DNA of 64,000 nucleotides from an uncultured virus (IMG/VR IMGVR_UViG_2643221868_000001) (Duplodnaviria; Heunggongvirae; Uroviricota; Caudoviricetes): IMG/VR virus record IMGVR_UViG_2643221868_000001, positions 1 to 64,000 of that record; one strand, 5' to 3'. Shown piece by piece: positions 41,252 to 51,042 of this stretch (position 1 is its first letter; each line of letters starts with the position of its first letter). The notes under the pieces were generated by a model. It saw only the letters and a program-made list of their open reading frames with translations, ran no database searches and was not told where the DNA came from. The position numbers and the translations under genes were made by a program.

Positions 41252-41566
41252 TCATCGCAGCCCATGCCTCTTTGCCCTCGCGTCCGCCGTCTTCTTCGTG
41301 TGGCATGAGCCGCATCGCAGCCGGACGTTGCTCTCGTCCAGGCCGGGACCGCCGTCGCTGATCTCCACCACATGGTCGCAGTAGATCCGGGTTCCTGTGC
41401 GCCCGCAGTCCTCACACTTTCGGCCCCGGGTCCGGAGAAGCCGGTCACGAAGCTCTCGCCATTCCGGCGTGCTGTAGAACGGCTGTCCGGGCTCGGTGCC
41501 TCGACTTACCTTAATCCTCGTATCGATCATGCGGAGTTGCGGCTTCAGGGTGGTGAGGCGGGCCAT
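41252..41566 (-). CDS. HNH endonuclease (packaging-associated, HK97 gp74-like)
   Basis: FYSTPEWRELR, CEDC, DHVVEI, NVRLRCGSCH motifs. Confidence 0.9.
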   Translation of the reverse strand: MARLTTLKPQLRMIDTRIKVSRGTEPGQPFYSTPEWRELRDRLLRTRGRKCEDCGRTGTRIYCDHVVEISDGGPGLDESNVRLRCGSCHTKKTADARAKRHGLR

Positions 41567-41575
41567 GGTCTGTCC

Positions 41576-41854
41576 CTATCGCTTGGTCACGTCGATCTCG
41601 TCCTCAGGCGTGAACCATCCGAGGAAGGCGGCTTCCAACACGGTGTTGACGGTATCGCCGAGAGAGATGGCCTTGGCGCGTGAGCCCGGCTCGGTGCTGT
41701 CGATCTCAGCTATCGTGTGCTCGCCATAGGGTCCGCCGACGACGCTGACGCTGAGGGTTCGCGGATGGTCCACGGTCTCCATCACCAAAACCTGCAACGC
41801 GCCTACGTCAGGCCAGCTATGGATGAGGCCGTGAGTGATCGGGTTATCGGGCAT
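41576..41854 (-). CDS. Conserved satellite protein, homologous to 59446..59724
   Basis: THGLIH.W...LQV..AEIDSTEPG.RAKA.SLGD..GWFTP shared. Confidence 0.7.
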   Translation of the reverse strand: MPDNPITHGLIHSWPDVGALQVLVMETVDHPRTLSVSVVGGPYGEHTIAEIDSTEPGSRAKAISLGDTVNTVLEAAFLGWFTPEDEIDVTKR

Positions 41855-42007
41855 CAGATCCCCCAACTTTTTAGTTTGGATTTCGTCTTCGGTGCGAAGG
41901 GATGAACCCATGCGGTTCTCGCCCTTACCCGGCCGAACTTTGAGGGGTGCCCCGTATCGTGCCTAAAGCTGGCCAGCCGAGCTTGGTCCCGGCTGGCCTT
42001 TGATTGG

Positions 42008-42253
42008 CTAGAAGTTCATCTGTGGGAAGATGGTTTTAAGCACCTTCTTTCCTTCGTCCGCACCCGGTGCCGAAGCGACCTGATTTGCGGTTGCCTGGAT
42101 AATTGCCTCGGCCTCGGCTTGGGTTAGAACCTTTTTGTCGACAAGTGCCAAAAGGGTCCGGGCATTCAAAATCAAGGCTGCAACCGAGGCCGCACCGGGA
42201 TCGACTAAATCGGGCAAGAGCGTTTCTCCATGTACCGCGCTGGGTCGAGCCAA
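42008..42253 (-). CDS. Small hypothetical protein
   Basis: Helical LLALVDKKVLTQAEAEAII; start uncertain. Confidence 0.45.
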   Translation of the reverse strand: MARPSAVHGETLLPDLVDPGAASVAALILNARTLLALVDKKVLTQAEAEAIIQATANQVASAPGADEGKKVLKTIFPQMNF

Positions 42254-42284
42254 AGCGCCTTAACCTCATACCGCAAGTGGTATC

Positions 42285-42830
42285 TATCTCCACCTCAAAC
42301 TGGTGGGTGGAGATAGGTGGGGGTAAGTGGAAGCTACCGACCCTCCACCACCCCTTATAGGGGGGTGGAGGGTGGTGATGGGGGTGACTGGCGAGGTGGA
42401 AGTGGAGAATCTCACTCTCCAGGTTGCGCCTCGCGGTGCGCCGCCTTGTGATGCTTCGGACAGAGCCATTCGATCCGAAGAGGGTCGGCATAGTCGGGGT
42501 GATGCGCCTCGGCCGGCTCGGATCGGCAAACCGCGCAAGGCTCCGGTCTCAAGGCGCCCTGCTTCTTCGCCTTCTCGACAGCTCGATGCGCGCGGCGCTT
42601 CTGAGGGTTGGCCTTGATCCACTTCTGCGAGCGGGCATAGGCGCGCGCCCTCGCGGCCGGGCTCATGCCCTTCCGTGGTCGTTCCATCGGCGATGTCCGT
42701 GATGGTTTCCACACTTCCACAGGTGAGGTGTGGAACGGTGTGGAAGTGTGGAAACTCCAGTCCACACCACCACCCCTTTAGGGGTGTGGGGTGGGGTGTG
42801 GACGCGCTAGGGGCCGAACCTCGGGTATGG
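42285..42830. repeat. Two palindromic origin-like units with GTGGA repeats
   Basis: ACCCTCCACC..CCCCTTATAGGGG..GGTGGAGGGT (42340-42373) and GTCCACACC..CCCCTTTAGGGG..GGTGTGGAC (42760-42803), each with several (GT)GTGGA copies. Confidence 0.6.
42412..42687 (-). CDS. HNH-like small protein
   Basis: PCAVC..EAHHPDY..PLRIEWLCPKHH. Confidence 0.65.
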   Translation of the reverse strand: MERPRKGMSPAARARAYARSQKWIKANPQKRRAHRAVEKAKKQGALRPEPCAVCRSEPAEAHHPDYADPLRIEWLCPKHHKAAHREAQPGE

Positions 42831-42834
42831 AAGC

Positions 42835-45135
42835 TCAGTCAGCGGCGATCTCGCCGACCTCGATGAAGGTCCGGTCCATCGCCTTGTCGTCCTTGCCGGT
42901 GACGGCGACAAACATGCCGGTCTTGATCCAGACGGCGAGCATTCCCTTGATCCTCGCCCGGTCGGCCTTGTTCTCCGGGTCGAGGCCCAGCGCATAGGCG
43001 ATCGGTTTGCCGATCCAGTCTCGAGCCTGCGAGTTCTCACGCCACCGGCCATCCCTGGTCGCGGCCTGCGCTTTTCTGAGGTCCGCGACCGACACGCCGT
43101 CCATCGGGTTCGGTGGCTTCCATTCCGTCACCACGCCGATGCTATCGCCGTCGAGGGCGAGGGTGCCGAGGCTCCCGCCATTGCCGAGCGGAACCGATTC
43201 CATCTTGAACCATGCCGACCCCTCGGACGGCGGCGGCGCGAGGTTCGCCTTGCCATTGTCCACCCGGAAGTGAAGCCTCCGATCCGGGATGCCCTATTTT
43301 TCGGCCTCGTCCTTTTGCATCCCATTGAGGGTCCGGGCCGAACGGACTGCCGCGAGCAGCGCCACAGCGCCGCGTGCATCCTCAATCGTGATCTCGGCCC
43401 CGCCGGTCTTGCGCGAGTGATGGACGAGCTCGACGCTGCATCCGGTCTCCCCTGCGAGCCGGCCCCATAGCTTCGCCACCCGATCCACGGCGTTGTTGTC
43501 GTTCTCCGTCACCTCATGGCAGGACACGAAGGGGTCCACGAACACCACGTCGATCTGGTTCGCCAAGATCGTCGCCTTCAGCGCATCCACCACAGGCACG
43601 GCTATCACCACGTCGCCGCGATGCATCTTGGCTATCGTGATGGGGTCGTCTCTGCCCGAATTGACGAACAGGCGCCCTTCGATCTCCGTCCGGTCGATCT
43701 CGAAATGTAGGCAGGCCGCTAGAATGCGCTTCTGCATCTCCTCAATCGGGTCTTCGCCGTTCCAGATCATCACCCGATGCCGGCCGTGCGGCTGGTGCCC
43801 GATGAGGTTCCGGCCGGTCACGAGGGCAAGCGCGTCCACGATGATGATGGACGATTTGCCGAGGCCGCCGGGCGAGATGGTGGCGCTGGTATAGTGGCGG
43901 ATGAGATGCCGGCCGAGCAACCATTCCCGCTGCGGCAGGGTGCGCGGGTCCACCCATACGAACGGCCGGGCCTGGAAGGCGGGCGGCGGCGGTTCGGCCT
44001 GGTGCTCCGGCTCCGGCGATGGACCCCGATCCGCGGTGCCCTGGTGGTCGCCATCCTCCCGCTTGCCGCCTCGCCATCCGATGTCCTCGGGACGCAGGCC
44101 CAGGCGGTCGCATAGCCAGAACGCGGCCTCGCGCGCATCCCGCGCCGGCAGGTAGTCTTGCACGATGTCGATGGGAGACCGGCCGCCGTCCATCGCGTCG
44201 CCCATGTCGGCCACGCCAAAATCCTTGATCCCGTCCGGGTGGATCGAAAGGTCTTCCTCGTAAGTCTCGCCCAGGTCCTTTTGCTTGACGCGGTAGGCGC
44301 CGGTCCCGGACTGCCATTTCGCGGTCGGGAACATGCTCTGGACCCAGGCGTGAAGGTTGCTGAGAGCGCGGTCGTTCACTGTCCTCCAGAAGTCGCCGCC
44401 GCCGGTATCGTGACGGGCTCGCGCGGATGCCGCGGCCCGCTCGCTGATGGACGGTCCCATGCCCGCCTCGGCCCGCTTCTCAGCTTTCTTGCGGTCCATC
44501 TCGCGGGCCAGCTCGGCGGCGGCTCGCTGCGCCTCGCGGAATTGGTCGGCCCGTTCCTGAAGGTAGGCGACGAGGCGCGGGGCCTCGCGGATCTCCGTCG
44601 GCGTGCCGGGCACATGCCGGCCGGTCACGGTGAGGTATCGGCCTTCGGTGTAGATTTCGACCTGCGCAGCGTCGATCTTTCGACCGTCTACTAGGCCACG
44701 CACGAAGAACCGGAGACCCCGGCCGGATGGACTGATCTCGGTATAGGTCTCGGCGAAGTCTACCGCGACTTGCGCCCATGCCTGTAGCTTGCCGGTCTCC
44801 GGGTCGCGGCACTTGTCGAGGTCGATCCCGCTGTCCTCGATGTCGGGCGTGAGGACGTAGCCGATGCCGGGAAGGTTCTCGCGCTTGGCGCGGGCCACGG
44901 CCTGCTCATAGGTCGCCCAGGTCGCCGGGTCCGTCGAGGAGCCGTGCTGTCCGGTGTGCGGGTTAAGCGGCGGCTTGTCCCATTTGCCGACGCCCTGCCG
45001 GTTCACCTTCCATTCGTAGTTCCAGGCAAGCCAGTGCGGCCGCTCCCGCATCTCGCGGATGGCGGGCAGGTCCGGCAGGCCATTGAACGGCGGATAGGAC
45101 GGCTTGGGCGGGCGCTCCATATTGGTGGTGCTCAC
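42835..45135 (-). pseudogene. Prim-pol primase fused to AAA_25 (RepA-like) helicase, interrupted by an in-frame TAG
   Basis: IDLDKC, EISPSGRGL, EIYTEGRYLTVTG; SPGGLGKS, VDPF, VHHSRK; TAG at 43296-43294, and the same frame continues GIPDRRLHFRVDNGKANLAPP to 42835. Confidence 0.85.
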
Positions 45136-45500
45136 ATGGCCCCCGCTTTTTTCAGTGCGCTTACAAGGCGGGCGGTGAGGTCGCGTGTGCCCTGCCCCTC
45201 CACCTCGCGATAAATCTGCGCGGCGACGGCCTCGGAAACGTCAGTATCGCAGAGCTCTGGCGCCTGGACGTAGACGCGGACACGGACGCCCTCGGCGACT
45301 TGACGGATTGCGGTGAACCATCGGAAGCCGGGCATCGGAGCGTCGAGCATAGATCCTGAGCGCGTGACCTGCGCCATCTCGGCCTGCGAGGTATGGCGGA
45401 CGCGGTGTGACCGATCGGGATGGCGAACGAAGAACCGGCGGTCGGCCTCGGTAACAGCCTCGAAGTCGACCGGGACGACGGGCATCTTACGGCGGCCCAT
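45132..45500 (-). CDS. Hypothetical satellite protein
   Basis: DRRFFVRHPDRSHRVR; coupled to the primase gene. Confidence 0.65.
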   Translation of the reverse strand: MGRRKMPVVPVDFEAVTEADRRFFVRHPDRSHRVRHTSQAEMAQVTRSGSMLDAPMPGFRWFTAIRQVAEGVRVRVYVQAPELCDTDVSEAVAAQIYREVEGQGTRDLTARLVSALKKAGAM

Positions 45501-45638
45501 CAGACAGACCGTCCGTGCGAAAGCGCGGCGGCGAGCGCGCTGCGCCCGGCCCCGTTGAACGAGACGTGCATGGGATTATCCTTGTGCCCGCGCACTGGCG
45601 GCTGCTACCGGAAGTTAGGCAGTTGCTGCCGGGGAGGA

Positions 45639-46076
45639 ATGTCAGAAATGTCTAAGACAGAGCCGTTCGCAAGCTTCGCTAAAGTTCTGGAGAAGCATAA
45701 GGGCGTGCCGGAAGGTCGGACGGTGTTGTCTGTAAGAAAGGAACTAACAGAACGTTATTTTTGGCTATTCCAAGGAATTGAGAATTACGATGCTGCATTG
45801 AAGCACCAGGATAATACACTGGAGCTTAAAGTCGCTACGTTTAACGCTAATCGCGAAAACAACCTGGGAACGTTGACAATCAAACTTAAAACCGGCGGCG
45901 CAGCTCAACAGTATATCCTTGATCTGCGTTATGATAAGATACGTGTAGTGCAAGGGCAGCATCTTATGAGCGGAAACTCCCGCCAAGGGACATATGCCGC
46001 TGATGATGACGATGTGTTTCTTATCGCTCTAGGCAATCAGATACTTTCTGATCTTGGGGTCATCAACCACATCTGA
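45639..46076 (+). CDS. Cargo hypothetical protein
   Basis: GGAGGA RBS; AT-rich; antisense to core genes. Confidence 0.65.
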   Translation: MSEMSKTEPFASFAKVLEKHKGVPEGRTVLSVRKELTERYFWLFQGIENYDAALKHQDNTLELKVATFNANRENNLGTLTIKLKTGGAAQQYILDLRYDKIRVVQGQHLMSGNSRQGTYAADDDDVFLIALGNQILSDLGVINHI

Positions 46077-46267
46077 TTTCGTGATCCTGGCGCATAGTGC
46101 CGGGCCAGGATCGCGGCCCGCGCGTCGATGAGGGCCGCGTGAGAGCCGAATCGGGTGCCATCCTGCATCCGAGCGGCCCAGCCTTTCGGCGTCTGGTAGG
46201 CATGGCCCACGACGATCTCGCCGGCATAGATCGGGACGTGAGGCGAGTCAGGTTTGGTCGCTGCCAC
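46037..46267 (-). CDS. Small conserved satellite protein, homologous to 61427..61660
   Basis: VPIYAGEIVVG.A....WAARM.DGTR.G.H shared. Confidence 0.6.
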   Translation of the reverse strand: MAATKPDSPHVPIYAGEIVVGHAYQTPKGWAARMQDGTRFGSHAALIDARAAILARHYAPGSRNQMWLMTPRSESI

Positions 46268-46475
46268 CGGCCTGTGCCTCGCGGGTCTTAAGCCACGTCC
46301 GGAGGGTCGCGCGTCGAGCGCACTGCTTCCCATTAAGACGGAACGCCGGAAGTCCTTCCTGTCGGATCAGGCCATAGGTCTGCCAGTATGACAGCCCCAG
46401 GAAACTGGCGATTGCCTTGACCCCGTGAAGGAGGTCGGCGCCGCCATCGCTGCTATCGTTCATGAGGGCATCCAT
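46248..46475 (-). CDS. Excisionase / AlpA-like HTH protein (Element 1)
   Basis: DLLHGVKAIASFLGLS..LPAFRLNGKQCARRATLRTW; first gene inside the att end. Confidence 0.75.
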   Translation of the reverse strand: MDALMNDSSDGGADLLHGVKAIASFLGLSYWQTYGLIRQEGLPAFRLNGKQCARRATLRTWLKTREAQAGGSDQT

Positions 46476-46636
46476 GGGCAGTTTATGGGTGACGCATGCG
46501 CCGCGTTCCCAGGCAAATGGCGCAAAAGTTACGCAAAATCAGGCAATTAGCGGAAACGCACCCTACAATAGACAAATCCGCCCATTAGGCGGCTAAGTCA
46601 TTATAAATACAGCGATTATCGTTCCCCGCTGTAATC

Positions 46637-46872
46637 GTGATCATGTTCTTGACGAAGTCGTCTTCGTTCTCGGTGGAGAGCAGAACCTCAATCGCCATGC
46701 GGTCGAAGAGCTGCGCGCCGAGCCGGAAGGCGCCGACGAGGAACTGGTTCACGGTCATCGCCAGCGTGGTGGCGACCGGCAGGCCCCAGAGACGCGGGGC
46801 GAGATTGCCCTGCGGCGAGCCGATGATGTACCGGCCCTGGGTGTCCTTGGTGAGCTCGATGCGGGCCCAATC
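46637..46872 (-). pseudogene. Helper major capsid gene, middle segment (aa ~340-418)
   Basis: DWARIELTKDTQGRYIIGSPQGNLAPRLWGLPV..FDRMAIEV..DDFVKNMIT. Confidence 0.9.
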
Positions 46873-46887
46873 AAACAGGCCCTGTCT

Positions 46888-46928
46888 TATCAATGACTTA
46901 GCGGGCTATGCGCAAACCATGCGTAAAC
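46888..46928. promoter_or_regulatory. IHF-consensus site and integrase arm repeats, Element 2 integrase end
   Basis: TATCAATGACTTA at 46888-46900; ATGCGCAAAC at 46908 and ATGCGTAAAC at 46919. Confidence 0.65.
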
Positions 46929-46936
46929 GAGGCAGG

Positions 46937-48136
46937 CTAGATCGCGGCTGCAAGTGTCGGGCCTTCAATCCGGGGAGGCATGAGAGACGCCGCGAGACGG
47001 TCGCCGGGCTCGGCTCTGGCCCGTCCGCTGAGGATCGGATGGGCGTAGACCTGCAACGTCACGTCGAAGTGACTGTGACCGACGAGGGCGGCAACGTCGG
47101 ACGGACCAACGCCATTGTGCATCATCATCGAACAGTAGAAGTGCCGGAGCGCGTGGAAGTGCATTTGCTTCCCGCCCGGCACCTTGAGCGACACCCGATC
47201 CAGCAAGGGATACCAGATTTCGTTTCGGAAGTTGCCCGGCGACATAGGGGCGCCGGTCGAACTCGTCAGGATGAAGCCCATCTCGTTCGGGACGTACCAG
47301 TCGGCCATGATCTCGCGTAGGGCATCGACCACGGGCGGCGGCATCGGCACGTCGCGGATGCCCGCCTTCGTCTTCGGAGGCTTGAGCTTGTCGGTGTCAG
47401 TGAGGCTGTGCCGAACCTCGATGACGTTGCGTGTGAAGTCGACGTGCTGCCCCCGAAGCGCACGGATTTCGCCGAGACGCAGGCCACAAAGCGAAGCCAG
47501 ATAGACGAAGGCGCGAGTGAGATGGAAGCTGCGCTCGCGGAACCGGAACGGCCGATCCTGTACCGCCACGAAAAGGCGCTTAACCTCGGCTTCCTGAAAG
47601 GTCTTGATCCGCACGCGCGGCAAAGAGCCGATCTGCCGGATGGCCCCCTGAGCCGGGTTGGCTTTGGCGTGGCCGTACCGCTGCGCATACTCAAACACGC
47701 ATTTCAGGTCGATGAGCCGGGTGCGTGCCGTCTGAGGTGCGAGACCCTGTTTCCGCACCACCGTGTGAAACCACGTCTCAATTTCGGAGGGCGTCACGTC
47801 CGCGATGAGCTTCTGGCCAAGCAGCGGCTTTATGTTCCGATCGACCGCCTTTTTCAGGTTCTCGTATCGGCCTTGCCCGATGATGCCGTTCCGAACGCGG
47901 TCCTCTTGTAGGCGCATGAAAGCTTCGCAGACTTCATCAACAGTCTTCTTCTCGCTCTCGGCAAGGTGAGTGCCGTCCGCCGTCTCACGCTCCACCTTCT
48001 GGCGGTAGGCGTCGGCCTGCTTCTTCATCTTGAAGGTGCGGCTTCGGTGCTTCCCACCGTCCTTATAGCGAACCTCCCATCCCGATTTCTTCTCGCCTTT
48101 CGGGGTCGTCCACTCGCGCTTGTTGACGCTCGCCAT
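46937..48136 (-). CDS. int: Tyrosine recombinase / integrase (Element 2)
   Basis: CGLRLGEI, PKTKAG, HFHALRH, VGH and YAH motifs; paralogue of 30854..32044. Confidence 0.95.
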   Translation of the reverse strand: MASVNKREWTTPKGEKKSGWEVRYKDGGKHRSRTFKMKKQADAYRQKVERETADGTHLAESEKKTVDEVCEAFMRLQEDRVRNGIIGQGRYENLKKAVDRNIKPLLGQKLIADVTPSEIETWFHTVVRKQGLAPQTARTRLIDLKCVFEYAQRYGHAKANPAQGAIRQIGSLPRVRIKTFQEAEVKRLFVAVQDRPFRFRERSFHLTRAFVYLASLCGLRLGEIRALRGQHVDFTRNVIEVRHSLTDTDKLKPPKTKAGIRDVPMPPPVVDALREIMADWYVPNEMGFILTSSTGAPMSPGNFRNEIWYPLLDRVSLKVPGGKQMHFHALRHFYCSMMMHNGVGPSDVAALVGHSHFDVTLQVYAHPILSGRARAEPGDRLAASLMPPRIEGPTLAAAI

Positions 48137-48137
48137 G

Positions 48138-48731
48138 TCAAAGGTCTCCTCGGGTCGAAGGGGAAGCGCCGTGCGTCACGGCGGTATAGGTGAAGTCCAT
48201 TGCCGTCTGTCGTCCCGTGGCCCGCATCTCAGGGACGATAGGCAGGCCGAGGGCGAACCAGAGAGAGCCGGCGGCGCGGGCTCCGAAGGTCTGCCGGGCC
48301 TCGGTCACAAGCTGGCGCTTGACCGGCACCGTCTCCTCGCGGGCGGGGTCGAAGGGCAAGGTATCCGTGTGACGCGGATGCCTTTCCGGCGCGAAGAAAT
48401 GCCGGAACAGCACGTCGTGGCACTCTCGCTGATAGGTCAGCACCAGGGCGCGGCTTTCGGCTTTCACCTGATTAGCGCCGATCCCGAAGAGCCAGCCCGG
48501 CAGGAGAGAGAGCGGCAGGGTTGCGGTCTCTTGAGCGCCGCCCGGCGAAGGTATGGTCATAATGGCCATACCTTCAGCCAAAATGGCGTCCCGCTTCGTC
48601 CGCCGTAGCTGCGCGGCCCAGTCGAGGCCGAGCCGGTCGGTGATGGGCTTGAGCGCGACGCGGACGGCGCCGGCTTCCTCAATGGCGAACAGGGTGTCGC
48701 CGTGAAACTCGATAGTCGTCAGCTTGGACAT
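48138..48731 (-). CDS. Phage antirepressor (P22 Ant N-terminal type)
   Basis: IEFHGDTL, VALKPITDRLGLDWAAQ, LPGWLFGI, YQRECHDVL motifs. Confidence 0.85.
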   Translation of the reverse strand: MSKLTTIEFHGDTLFAIEEAGAVRVALKPITDRLGLDWAAQLRRTKRDAILAEGMAIMTIPSPGGAQETATLPLSLLPGWLFGIGANQVKAESRALVLTYQRECHDVLFRHFFAPERHPRHTDTLPFDPAREETVPVKRQLVTEARQTFGARAAGSLWFALGLPIVPEMRATGRQTAMDFTYTAVTHGASPSTRGDL

Positions 48732-48902
48732 GGGGGTGATCCTCACGGGTTGCGGCTCCATCATAGAGGCGCAGGCGCCGCCCTCCGGGATTGGAGAGCG
48801 GCGTTCGTGAGGCCCGGCCGGGCTCGGTAGACCGACGCAAAACTGCGTTCGTGCTGCGGCCTCAGTTCTGAGGCGACCGTGCGAGCGGCCGGGCCGGGGG
48901 TG

Positions 48903-49130
48903 CTAGAGCGGCAATCTCGCCAAGTCGGCGGCGTAATCCCACTTCGCCTGAAGTCTGCGATGAAGGTCGCTCACCGCGTCAGCTATCGGAGCAAGGGCTT
49001 CCGGGCTGTAGGAAGTGCCGCAGGTTCCAAGCGCGTGGAAAACCTGAGACCACCGCCACACGTCTGCGATGTCGTTTTCCATGTCGCTGAAAGCGCACCA
49101 GATGGCGCTCGGGTGGGGCTGGTCCGCCAT
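48903..49130 (-). CDS. Hypothetical protein
   Basis: ATG coupled to the upstream ORF. Confidence 0.5.
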   Translation of the reverse strand: MADQPHPSAIWCAFSDMENDIADVWRWSQVFHALGTCGTSYSPEALAPIADAVSDLHRRLQAKWDYAADLARLPL

Positions 49131-49498
49131 CAGAAGCCCCTCCATCCGCATCCAACCGTGCTCAGAACGAGAGCGGCGCGGGTCGAGGCCGGGGGCTCGC
49201 TGTTCCCGTGAAAGCGAGCGCCATCGTTTGCTGCCGGGATCATGTCGAACTGATCCCAGCCCGCCATTTCGTCCCGAAACGGGAGGGAAAGGCGCTGGAT
49301 CGTGTCGCGGTTGCCGTACCGCTCCCACTGTAGCCAGCGACGCTCGTATTCGAGCCATGCGTCGTAGCTGTCGAGGAGGTCAGGGGTGAGCGGTGCGGCC
49401 ACCGCCGAGGGCGAGCCGATAAGCGCCACGCTGCCGCCGATGAGCGGGAGCGAGGCGAGGCCGGAGAGGAAGCCCCGGCGGGATGCGGGGCCGCTCAT
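49130..49498 (-). CDS. Hypothetical phage protein
   Basis: SRRGFLSGLASLPL N-terminus; coupled. Confidence 0.6.
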   Translation of the reverse strand: MSGPASRRGFLSGLASLPLIGGSVALIGSPSAVAAPLTPDLLDSYDAWLEYERRWLQWERYGNRDTIQRLSLPFRDEMAGWDQFDMIPAANDGARFHGNSEPPASTRAALVLSTVGCGWRGF

Positions 49499-50025
49499 GC
49501 CGTGAGTCCAGTCTGCTCGGCGAGACCATCGGCGTCACCGATGCCCCATTCCGCCATGTCGAGCTCGCGGTCGTCGTCGGCCTCTTGATCGTGACTCTCC
49601 TCGTCGTCCTCATGACCGGACCGCTTAAAACCCGCTCCAGCCCGCTCCAGCGCAGTCGCGTCGCCGTCCGGCGTGTTGGGGCCGAGGCCGAGTTGTCTCG
49701 CGTTCTCGCACCAGCCTAGCGCATCCTCGCCGCCCTGGTCGTCGGAGTTAGCGTCTTCGTCGGGCTCGACGTCCCCGTCGTCCTCAAGATCGGGGTCGCC
49801 GCCGGTCGCGTCGAGGAAGTCGATCCCCTCGGCGACGGCCTTCGCCACGCGACGACGAAGGGCGAGGAGGTCGGCGGCTTCCTGCCGGCGCATCTCAGCT
49901 TCGCGGATCTCCCACGACGGCATCTCATTCGGGCGCAGGCCGCGAATGGCGCGGGTCACAGGTCCGACCGTAGGCGCAGCCGGCAGCGGGGCGAAGAACG
50001 CCCGGCGCATATTTTGAAACGACAT
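49495..50025 (-). CDS. Acidic hypothetical protein
   Basis: IDFLDATGGDPDLED followed by an acidic tail; first gene after the C4-like RNA. Confidence 0.6.
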   Translation of the reverse strand: MSFQNMRRAFFAPLPAAPTVGPVTRAIRGLRPNEMPSWEIREAEMRRQEAADLLALRRRVAKAVAEGIDFLDATGGDPDLEDDGDVEPDEDANSDDQGGEDALGWCENARQLGLGPNTPDGDATALERAGAGFKRSGHEDDEESHDQEADDDRELDMAEWGIGDADGLAEQTGLTA

Positions 50026-50118
50026 GGTGAATGGTCTTTCGCAGCTAAACAGGCTTCTCAGGGCCTGGGTCTTCAACCTTCTCAGGGGCATCCGACCAAA
50101 CCAGTCAGCGGGACTGGC

Positions 50119-50199
50119 GCCGGGAGTCTGAGAACACGCTGCGAAACGTGCGCCACGGCCTTCACCCGAAGGCTCTTGTATAACCGTGGCACTCCCGGC
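50119..50199 (-). ncRNA. C4-like antisense RNA (Element 2)
   Basis: 81 nt; stem GCCGGGAGT/ACTCCCGGC, inner GCCACGG/CCGTGGC and GCCTTC/GAAGGC; GTTCTCAG and TTTCGCAGC are complementary to flanking CTGAGAA and GCTGCGAAA. Confidence 0.7.
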
Positions 50200-50435
50200 A
50201 TAGTGAGCCGGTCGCGACCCACGGTATCGGGCGCGTCGAAGATTTCGGCGACACTCCGGCCGGCAAGCCGCAGCACACGCCTATCGCAGATGGAATGCTA
50301 TCCCCGGCAAGGGACCATTCCGAGAGTTCTCAGGCTCCATATTCACCATGACACGACAACCCCGCGCCCGGCAAGGCGGCGGGGGTTTCGTCGTGCACGT
50401 TTAGTAGAGGAGCTTGTTGCTCTGACGGAGTGCTC

Positions 50436-50891
50436 ATGTCTGACGAAACGCCGACGCCATCGCTGGCCGATGCCGCAAGAGCTCAAAGGTCGCGCGTGGA
50501 TGAAGCGGCAGCTAAAAGACTAAGCGATGAGGCCGCTCGACAAGCCGCCTTGGACAAAGTTGCTCTCGCATGGAAGGACGTTTCGGATCGATTTTCTCGT
50601 ATTGTATCGAATGTTAACGATGAACTCGAGGGTACCGGCGCTTCCGTCTCAATGGTGAAGTCCGAATTTGATAAAAGTAAAAGAGAAGCGTCCGCTAGGT
50701 TCACCCTGTCCAGAGAGTGGACTCCGCAAATTAAGTCCTTTCTTCAGTTGTTCTGCGATTACGATGGGGCAATAAAAATCACTAGTAGCAATTCTGCTAT
50801 CAAAGCTCATATGGAGGGCTATGTTTCGAACTTGCCAATGTCTTATTATGATGGGTACGTTCGAAAGTTTCTAGCCTTAGAACTGAAATAG
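50436..50891 (+). CDS. Cargo hypothetical protein
   Basis: GGAG RBS; lower GC. Confidence 0.6.
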   Translation: MSDETPTPSLADAARAQRSRVDEAAAKRLSDEAARQAALDKVALAWKDVSDRFSRIVSNVNDELEGTGASVSMVKSEFDKSKREASARFTLSREWTPQIKSFLQLFCDYDGAIKITSSNSAIKAHMEGYVSNLPMSYYDGYVRKFLALELK

Positions 50892-51042
50892 CTACGGCTT
50901 CTTGGTCGCCTTTTGGATGCGGCGGACTTACTCGACGAACATCGGCGGGATACGCCATAGAGATCCCGCCGCATGAAATAAATGCGCCTAGGGCGCAGAG
51001 ATTGCCCTTGCCTCTTGTGCGCCCAGGGCGTACACACTCCCC

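Larger units (their letters stand above)
30774..46650 (-). mobile_element. Element 1: integrative phage satellite (15863 bp between cores) inserted in the helper capsid gene
   Basis: 14-bp direct repeat GTGATCATGTTCTT at 30774-30787 and 46637-46650; integrase at one end and xis-like gene at the other. Confidence 0.9.

Noticed and set aside
46585-46893. Independent 102-aa gene
   Set aside because: It is the middle capsid segment plus att-derived flanks.
49130-49498. Tat-exported protein (SRRGFL)
   Set aside because: This N-terminal motif is common in small alphaproteobacterial phage proteins, and no clear cleavage site or other export evidence was seen.
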